Assembly: GCA_041891055.1 (NCBI GenBank)
Contig: CP169074.1
Span: 480,001-544,000, forward strand
DNA length: 64,000 bases
Direction of reading: 5' to 3'
DNA from: Halorutilales archaeon Cl-col2-1
GTDB lineage: Archaea > Halobacteriota > Halobacteria > Halobacteriales > Afararchaeaceae
Numbering within the stretch: the stretch's first letter is position 1; every line of letters starts with the position of its first letter. The notes under the pieces are model-generated. The model worked only from the letters and a program-made list of their open reading frames with translations, made no database searches and was not told where the DNA came from. Positions 57,509 through 64,000 of the stretch are shown piece after piece. Both the position numbers and the translations under genes were made by a program.

Positions 57509-57889
57509 TCAAACCCCGAACGGGAGATTGAGGTCAAACTGATAATTAGAATTGAAGTCAGGCGTAGTCCCGTTAAGACCCTTAGAAGCTATGTTAATAT
57601 CCATCTCAATAATACGCTTATCATTCATTATACCATATGTTTCAAACTGAAATTTATTATCTGGCGATATAGGGTTTTTAAGCAGAGAGAAGTTCATATC
57701 AACCCCAATATAAGGACCACTCCCTATCTTAAAATCATAATTAGAACCATCAGAAGACACCCCAGACAAGTTACCCGTCTTGCTAAATGTACTATTATTC
57801 ATGTCAAATCCAGGATCCTGAGCTGTAGAAAGAGGTGGAGTTGCAACTATGCTTAAAATAGCCATCAGTACAAAAATTTGTCTGTTCAT
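57509..57889 (-). CDS. Secreted hypothetical protein, very AT-rich
   Basis: Signal peptide, N-rich, non-halophilic composition. Confidence 0.65.
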   Translation of the reverse strand: MNRQIFVLMAILSIVATPPLSTAQDPGFDMNNSTFSKTGNLSGVSSDGSNYDFKIGSGPYIGVDMNFSLLKNPISPDNKFQFETYGIMNDKRIIEMDINIASKGLNGTTPDFNSNYQFDLNLPFGV

Positions 57890-57944
57890 AGAGTCGAATA
57901 ACTAGGAGAGGGCAAAAAATCTTTGGCAACACAGAATACTGGGT

Positions 57945-59186
57945 TCAGCTTCGGTCACTTGTTATCTTATTTACTGCACTTGAGGCGAAGTTTCTGACGT
58001 CCTCGTTTCTCTCCTCGCGGATCATTCTGTTGAGGTCACCAACGGCTTTCTTAGCTCCTATCTTACCGAGTGCGAACGCAGCCATCTTTCTGACCTCGGG
58101 CTCTCTGTGTCTGAGAGCATCCGTGAGGTGATAGACAGCCGGCTGTCCTATCTCAGTAAGACTCGTGGCGGCTAGCCTTCTCACCTGTTGATCGTCGTCT
58201 TCGAGAGCGTCGATAAGAGGGTCTATCATTCTTCTGTTACCTATATGCCCCAACAACCATGCTGCATTTCTTCTTATAGGTGCTTGACTTGATTCTTCGA
58301 GAGCGGAGACAACAGGAGCTACACCCATCTCTGTATCCAAGTCTTCAAGGCGAGAAGCTATCTTCTCACGTATCCTGTGGCTCTCTTCGACGGGAGCCTT
58401 CGAAAGAATCTCTATCAATGCTATCGTGATACTCTCTCTAACCAGTACTTCGTCGTCTGTCAGAGAGTCGAGAAGAGGGTCTATAACTTCTTCACCTCCT
58501 ACACTACCGAGTGCATAGGCTGCGGTTTTTCGGACATAGAGGTACTCGTCGTTTAGAGCCTTTATCAGATCTTCAACTCCTTTTTTACTGCCTATGTCTT
58601 TGAGAGAAACCGTAGCCTGTCTCCGCACCTCCTGGTTTGGATCGTCTAAAAGACCGGTTAAGGGTTCGACGGCTCTCTCGTCTCCAAGACTGCCTAGACT
58701 ACGAGCGACGTTCTCTCTGACCTTGGGATCGTTGTCATCCAAAGCGTGTATGAGTGGCTTGAGTGCTCTTTTTTCACCTATGTGTCCTAGACCGAGTGCA
58801 GCAACAATTCGGATAACGGGTGATTCTGAGTCAAGTGCATTTATGAGAAACTCCGTTGAAGCTCTATCGTCGTCGTCCTGGGATAGCTTCGTGTCGTTCT
58901 CTGTCTCGTATTTACCGATAAGACGTCTGACCTTGTCTATGTCCGCAGACCACACTAGTGACTCAGCAGCAGCTTTTCGTACTTTCTGACTTCGGTCACC
59001 CACTGCTGTCTTGATCAGGATGTTTACTCTTTTTTCTTGGAGATCTTCGTCCTGTATTTCTAGGTCTCCGATGACCTCGGCTGCTCGTGTTCTGGCAGCT
59101 ACAACCGGGTTATTTTCTATATGCTCGATTAGACCAGAGATGTCACCATCTTTTTCAAGAGCAAACAGAGCCTCTTCACTAGACAT
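57945..59186 (-). CDS. HEAT-repeat (PBS lyase-like) protein
   Basis: Repeated VR..AA.ALG.IG...A..PL..AL.D. Confidence 0.92.
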   Translation of the reverse strand: MSSEEALFALEKDGDISGLIEHIENNPVVAARTRAAEVIGDLEIQDEDLQEKRVNILIKTAVGDRSQKVRKAAAESLVWSADIDKVRRLIGKYETENDTKLSQDDDDRASTEFLINALDSESPVIRIVAALGLGHIGEKRALKPLIHALDDNDPKVRENVARSLGSLGDERAVEPLTGLLDDPNQEVRRQATVSLKDIGSKKGVEDLIKALNDEYLYVRKTAAYALGSVGGEEVIDPLLDSLTDDEVLVRESITIALIEILSKAPVEESHRIREKIASRLEDLDTEMGVAPVVSALEESSQAPIRRNAAWLLGHIGNRRMIDPLIDALEDDDQQVRRLAATSLTEIGQPAVYHLTDALRHREPEVRKMAAFALGKIGAKKAVGDLNRMIREERNEDVRNFASSAVNKITSDRS

Positions 59187-59582
59187 ATCCCTCTTCTGTG
59201 TGTACTGTTGATTTTACTGAGTCTTAATCATTTTGCCGAGATGTCGGTTTTTACAGGCAGTCGAGACGAATGCCCCGGGGTCGTATGCAAATCGAAGGTT
59301 TGCTTGCTCAAAAATCTAAGATTGATAAAGTCAGCTATGCGCCTCGAATCGTAGAGCCAGCACGCTCACATTCGAAAAATATGGAGAAGCATGATTATGT
59401 CAGTCAAAAAGATCCTAACCGAGAAACGGGCAAAGAGAGAGACAAAGATGTCTGTGACTACACTGGTACTGGGTATCTTTTCGGAGAAAATGCTTTCGCA
59501 GCTTGGTACAGATGGATGAGACGAGAAAAAAACCAATACGAGCGGTAACTTCATGTAAGGTAAGTGCATACTTCGGTACCGT

Positions 59583-60194
59583 ATGTCGCATGAACTGCCT
59601 GAACTGCCGTACGATTACGACGCTCTTGAACCGCACATAAGCGAACAGGTCGTCCGCTGGCACCACGACACTCACCATCAGGGATACGTAAACGGACTCA
59701 ACAGCGCCGAGGAGACGCTTGAGGAGAACCGCGAGGCGGGAGACTTCGACGGAAGTGCTGCCGCGATGAGAAGCATGAGCCACAACGGCTGTGGACATTA
59801 TCTCCACACTCTCTTCTGGGAGAACATGTCGCCCAACGGCGGCGGAGAGCCCGAGGGAGAACTCGCCGACCGCATAGAAGAGGACTTCGGAAGCTACGAG
59901 GCGTGGAAGGGAGAGTTCAAGGAGGCAGCCGGCTGGTCCGCGGGTGGCTGGGCACTTCTCGTCTACGACCCCGTCTCCGACTGCCTGCGTAACCTCGCTG
60001 TCCAGAAGCACAACGACGGCGCGCTCTGGCACACACATCCCATCTTCGCGGTCGATGTCTGGGAGCACTCGTACTACCACGACTATGGACCTGACCGCGG
60101 TGACTTCGTCGACAACGTCTTCGAGGTCGTTGACTGGGACGACATAGCCGAGAAGTACGAGAACGCGAAGAAGCTAGGCGAGCTTCACGGCTAA
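59583..60194 (+). CDS. sod: Fe/Mn superoxide dismutase
   Basis: HHDTHHQGYV, GHYLHTLFW, DVWEHSYY. Confidence 0.97.
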   Translation: MSHELPELPYDYDALEPHISEQVVRWHHDTHHQGYVNGLNSAEETLEENREAGDFDGSAAAMRSMSHNGCGHYLHTLFWENMSPNGGGEPEGELADRIEEDFGSYEAWKGEFKEAAGWSAGGWALLVYDPVSDCLRNLAVQKHNDGALWHTHPIFAVDVWEHSYYHDYGPDRGDFVDNVFEVVDWDDIAEKYENAKKLGELHG

Positions 60195-60363
60195 GTGAGA
60201 AACACAGCGGTACGTCTATTTTTTGGCGAGCTGTACCGGCGCTGGGAGCGGTTAGATTTCTGGGCGATGTAATCACGCATCGAATCCATAGAGTTCGGGA
60301 CGGAGCTTTTCGATATCTTCGTCCTTAACATCAGAGTCTACGGACTTCAAAGACGAATCTCAG

Positions 60364-60403
60364 AGCTAACCAACGCCTTCTAGAGAAAAAATGTTGATTA
60401 GCT
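60364..60403 (+). repeat. Palindromic site C (AGCTAACCAAC family)
   Basis: AGCTAACCAAC-N18-GTTGATTAGCT with internal TCTAGA. Confidence 0.78.
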
Positions 60404-60441
60404 CGCGGTATGTTATGCTCAAAATCAGGTATGTGTGTTTC

Positions 60442-60978
60442 TTAGACATATTCTTCTTTTGTTTTAGAAGGCAACTTTTCTGTGGCCTCTACGAGTTCGT
60501 CTCTGTCCCTCCATCTGTATAGTCTGTTGAGTTTGTCTAACTCTTTGAAGACTCCCTTGTGCATAGGACTGTACGGATCTTTCTCCTCGTACTCTCGCTT
60601 TAGGACATATGATTTCTTTTTTAGCCAGTCTGCGAACCGTATACCGCCTGATTCGAGCCTGAAATCTCCCTCTGAATCCTCTGCGACCCCGACTACATAA
60701 CTTGATATCTTAGCTATTAATTCGAATTTGTCTGTGAAGTTTCTCAGGGAGAGTAATATGTCACTCATCAGAAAAGCATAGGCATCCTTTCTTCTATTTA
60801 GTCTGTCTTTAACTAAATCTAGATTCCTTATTTTGCTGTAATTGCCGAGCACGAAGTAGCTTGTACCATATCTGAGCACAGGACGTATCTCATTTTGGTT
60901 AACCGTGTCAAGTATCTCGTTTAGCTCCTCTGGCTCGATCTCTTCAGTCATCTCTGTGGTATCTACGTCCTGACTCAT
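60442..60978 (-). CDS. Hypothetical low-GC protein (possible NDT/TIR-like alpha/beta fold)
   Basis: YFVLGNY...AFLMSD...KF...VVGVAE..G..LE.G pattern. Confidence 0.7.
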   Translation of the reverse strand: MSQDVDTTEMTEEIEPEELNEILDTVNQNEIRPVLRYGTSYFVLGNYSKIRNLDLVKDRLNRRKDAYAFLMSDILLSLRNFTDKFELIAKISSYVVGVAEDSEGDFRLESGGIRFADWLKKKSYVLKREYEEKDPYSPMHKGVFKELDKLNRLYRWRDRDELVEATEKLPSKTKEEYV

Positions 60979-61054
60979 TATATTAGTTAATACATGACTT
61001 AGTAGCTAAGTTAGCCTACGTAAAGCTATAGTACTTGGAGACTGTAGATGACCT

Positions 61055-61450
61055 ATGAGCATCGAAGAGAGTGGGGATAGATCAACAGCACAAGACCTCA
61101 GTCTGATGCTTCAAGAGACTCGTCTTAAGATTCTTGAGCTCATAATCGGACATCCCAAGCAGTCTATAAGTATGGGAGAGCTCGACTACATGATCCCCGA
61201 TAAAAGCGAGGCAACTATCCGTAACCACATAGAGAAACTCGTTGATGCCGATATACTTGAAGAAAGAGAACTCGAAGACGAGAAAAAGTCTAATGACCTA
61301 CCCTACAAGTTCTATGAGATCTCAGATAAAGGGGGAAATCTGATTGAAGTTCACAACTTGATGAAAGCCGAGGATAAGCTGAACGAACTATATCAACGTA
61401 CTAAGAGAGATCGTATAAAGGACTATGAGAACGCTCCTCGTCCTGACTGA
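61055..61450 (+). CDS. ArsR-like wHTH regulator
   Basis: TRLKIL...ELDY...SEATIRNH...DLPYKFY. Confidence 0.85.
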   Translation: MSIEESGDRSTAQDLSLMLQETRLKILELIIGHPKQSISMGELDYMIPDKSEATIRNHIEKLVDADILEERELEDEKKSNDLPYKFYEISDKGGNLIEVHNLMKAEDKLNELYQRTKRDRIKDYENAPRPD

Positions 61451-61539
61451 TATAGTCATCTACCCACGGCTAAATCCAGAATTCTTGACTAATATATTCT
61501 CCCGAAGAGTAATATACTTGTGTCAAGTAGGATGTAGCA

Positions 61540-62091
61540 ATGACAGAGACTCCTACAGATACAGACACAGACATAAACCAAGAGGTGACCTCAGGGTGGG
61601 TCGAGGAGACAACGCCCTTCGAGCGGATCAGGGAAGTGATGAAGAGAACGTATGAGCCTCAGGCGGCGTCTGCGATAGCCGACCGTGCCGAGACGACCTC
61701 GACGACGGCACGTAAGCATCTACAGCAGCTGTATGAGAGTGGATTCGTAGAAAAGACTTCACGAGAAGACAGGGATGCAACCCTTTACCGGAGATCTAGT
61801 GAGTCAGTCGTCCTTGAGCAAGCTCGTGATATACTTGACGAGATGGACTCTGGAGAACTCGTATCTCGTATACACGGGATGCAGGAAGATCTCAGAGAGT
61901 ACAGAGACGAGTACGGCGTCGAATCTCCCGAGGATGCGGTATTAGAGGATGTCAACATAGATGACGAGGAGCTACGCGACTGGCAGACTACGGAGCGTAA
62001 CCTGGGCATCGCCAAGGCTGCTCTAGCTCTTAGCGAGGCTGAGGACTCTGTGAGAATACAGACAAACAGTCCAGCAGATGTCCGGACATAG
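61540..62091 (+). CDS. wHTH protein, putative antitoxin
   Basis: TPFERIREV...IADRAETTSTTARKHL...YGVESP; overlaps downstream gene. Confidence 0.8.
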   Translation: MTETPTDTDTDINQEVTSGWVEETTPFERIREVMKRTYEPQAASAIADRAETTSTTARKHLQQLYESGFVEKTSREDRDATLYRRSSESVVLEQARDILDEMDSGELVSRIHGMQEDLREYRDEYGVESPEDAVLEDVNIDDEELRDWQTTERNLGIAKAALALSEAEDSVRIQTNSPADVRT

Positions 62092-62548
62092 TAGTGAATC
62101 TCACGCTGTGCGTGGCGCGACGGATCGAGGTGCTCTTCTCGACTTCCGTGATACCTTCGAGGAGATGGAGCCGTTAGCGACGGCAGAGCTAGACGACTTT
62201 CTGAGTCCCGATGTACTCCGTATTCGTCTCGACGACGGTATAGGAGACGCTCAGAGCTCTAGAATCGACGTTGTCTGGACTGTCCACGGCGACTACAATA
62301 TCCATTATACCGACGATGCCGGTCGGGATTTTCGCTGGGATCTACATCCTCATGAGTATCCGAGACCAGCCGACGATAGACATTTTCATCCTCCTCCTGA
62401 CGCGTCGACGGATGCTGACAATGTAGAAGAGTCATGTATACAGGTTAGTGAGATCGAGCTAGTAGCACGTGCCGTACACAAACTCTGGCGAAGAGCCTAC
62501 GAAACGGGGTCGATAGACGATGTAAACGGCTACTCCAATCCTCCCTGA
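62078..62548 (+). CDS. Putative toxin (TumE/DUF6516-like His-rich motif)
   Basis: YNIHY...RWDLHPH...HFHPPPDA. Confidence 0.7.
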   Translation: MSGHSSESHAVRGATDRGALLDFRDTFEEMEPLATAELDDFLSPDVLRIRLDDGIGDAQSSRIDVVWTVHGDYNIHYTDDAGRDFRWDLHPHEYPRPADDRHFHPPPDASTDADNVEESCIQVSEIELVARAVHKLWRRAYETGSIDDVNGYSNPP

Positions 62549-62563
62549 AAAAAGACTCGTCGT

Positions 62564-64000
62564 TCACCTGGTGTTACCGTTACTCGTCGTATTCGTCGCC
62601 GTCGAAGTACTGTTGGTCGCCGTCGATGTGGTGTTCGCCTGAGTCTGAGTCTGGGTCTGGTTACCCTGGTTCTGCTGAACTTCCTCCATCTCGACTTCTA
62701 TCGTCTCGCCGTCATAGACTGCCGACTCGGGAACTTCGGCGTTTCCGACGCTGCTGGCTCCTAAGACTGTTCCGAACGTAGGCACGTAGGCACCGCCCTT
62801 GTAGAGAGTGTAGTTGCCGGTCGCTCTCACACCTTCGTCTGTGCCTCCCTCAGAGACAGAGACGTCGTTTTCGGTCGGGTACGGTACCGTCATCGTGAAG
62901 TCGCCGTCGTCGTCGACTGAGACGTCCTGGCTGTAGGTGAAGTTACGTCCCGTGTTGGTCGTCTGGAGGTTGAGTATAGCGGTTATAGTCGCGTTCGAGA
63001 CGTTCTCCATGCTCACGCTTCCCGAGAACTCGGCACCTTCGACCTTCTCGTAGGTCTTGACGCGTGCGACCCCCTTTGCGTCGTAGACGAACGAGCTACC
63101 GCCAGCCGGGATTAGCTGGTTGCGCGTGTCGGTGTTTGCGAATCTGCTCGCGTTCCCTCTGTTGATTATACGGTTGAACGCCGTAATCTGTCCCTGCTGT
63201 CCCTGCTGTAGTCCCTGTCTGAGTATGTTGCCTATGAGCGAGTACTGCTGTGTCTCGTGGACGAGCCTGTAATGTGACATGCCGTTAGCGTCGTCGAAGT
63301 AGAGACGTGAGAGAGTCGTGTTCTCGTACTTCGAGTTGGTGGCAGGGAGATTCAGAGTCTGGTTGCCCTGACTCTGCTGGAAGCTCTGTCTCGACGTGTA
63401 CTCGTCGAACTGTGTCCACGTCGCTATCGCGCCGAACTTGCCCGCCGCCATCTGGTCGTCGATCATGACGTACCGCGTGTTGCGCTCCTGTCTCTCCTGT
63501 TCGTTCTGTGACTCGGCTACCGATCTCAGACGGTCGTTAGAGACGTTGCCCCAGTCTATCTCCTCGTCGTCCGCAGACGGGAGCGAGTCGAGGACTAAGT
63601 TCGCTCTCTCCTCGGACTGTGCCGTGAGGTACGCCGACGCGGGATTCGGTCCCTCCTGGAACGGGTTGGCGTTGGGTATACGTTCCGCCTGGTAGGTTAT
63701 CCAGTGTCCGTAGTCCCACCACGACTGGACTCCGTAGGCTTCTTCGGGATAGTCGAAGTCACCGTCCTGAGGCTTGTCGTAGTACCTGTCGTAGCTAAGC
63801 GGCTCCTCGGGAGTATTGTTCTGCATCCAGCTGAGTTCGTCGTCCCACGCGCCGTCGTATCCCGCGAGACGTGGTGCCTGACTCCACGCTGGAGACGTTC
63901 CCGCGACTGCGAGGACGTTACCCGGTATCACGAGGACTAACACGAGGACTATGGCTATCGCCTGGTAGCCCTTTATATCGCTCAGATCTGTGTCGTGTTC
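62564..64000 (-). CDS. aglB: Oligosaccharyltransferase AglB (5' part outside window)
   Basis: WWDYGHWIT...PNANPFQ signature; frame open to window end. Confidence 0.95.
   Translation of the reverse strand, partial: EHDTDLSDIKGYQAIAIVLVLVLVIPGNVLAVAGTSPAWSQAPRLAGYDGAWDDELSWMQNNTPEEPLSYDRYYDKPQDGDFDYPEEAYGVQSWWDYGHWITYQAERIPNANPFQEGPNPASAYLTAQSEERANLVLDSLPSADDEEIDWGNVSNDRLRSVAESQNEQERQERNTRYVMIDDQMAAGKFGAIATWTQFDEYTSRQSFQQSQGNQTLNLPATNSKYENTTLSRLYFDDANGMSHYRLVHETQQYSLIGNILRQGLQQGQQGQITAFNRIINRGNASRFANTDTRNQLIPAGGSSFVYDAKGVARVKTYEKVEGAEFSGSVSMENVSNATITAILNLQTTNTGRNFTYSQDVSVDDDGDFTMTVPYPTENDVSVSEGGTDEGVRATGNYTLYKGGAYVPTFGTVLGASSVGNAEVPESAVYDGETIEVEMEEVQQNQGNQTQTQTQANTTSTATNSTSTATNTTSNGNTR

Noticed and set aside
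57945-59186. Internal repeats as a novel repeat system
   Set aside because: Ordinary HEAT/PBS-lyase protein repeats.
59270-59548. 92 aa ORF upstream of sod
   Set aside because: Begins inside a decayed hairpin doublet, basic composition, no recognisable motif; at most a fragment.
56146-60403. Canonical integron attC sites or archaeal dif
   Set aside because: Too short for attC, no unpaired spacer after the AAC/GTT box, mixed orientation and no intI; the spacer is far longer than the 6 bp of dif. Kept as a non-canonical site family.

Overview
64 kb of a halophilic archaeal chromosome (Halobacteria). The proteome is acidic; the moderate GC and frequent ATA/AGA codons would fit a Halorutilales-like lineage, though this is inference. 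Roughly 1-35 kb is mostly housekeeping: pyrBI, hemAT, sppA, hflX, tRNA-Asn, rio1/dim2, cbiMNQO, peroxiredoxin, aIF-2beta, a Ca/Mn transport operon, trmJ, serB, tRNA-Ser and tgtA-arcS. Roughly 35-62.5 kb is an accessory patchwork running up to aglB. It holds a mosaic pilin-like gene, three low-GC PAS/GAF histidine kinases, four toxin-antitoxin-like modules, a 2.6 kb integrase-less island at tRNA-Phe with two RAMA-domain genes, a divergent QueC-like gene and three IS200/IS605 relics. The most unusual signals are non-coding. (1) A family of tiny triloop hairpin doublets (~50 bp, REPIN/BIME-like) has repeatedly inserted into the IS605 relics, including a six-hairpin array. (2) Two IS605 miniatures keep both ends, a promoter and the omegaRNA but have lost tnpA/tnpB. 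(3) A 40-46 bp palindrome family (AGCTAACCAAC...GTTGGTTAGCT) marks cassette junctions around a TA module. (4) A structured sRNA candidate with a G4-prone tract lies upstream of the pilin-like gene. All family assignments come from motif recognition by eye, not database searches.
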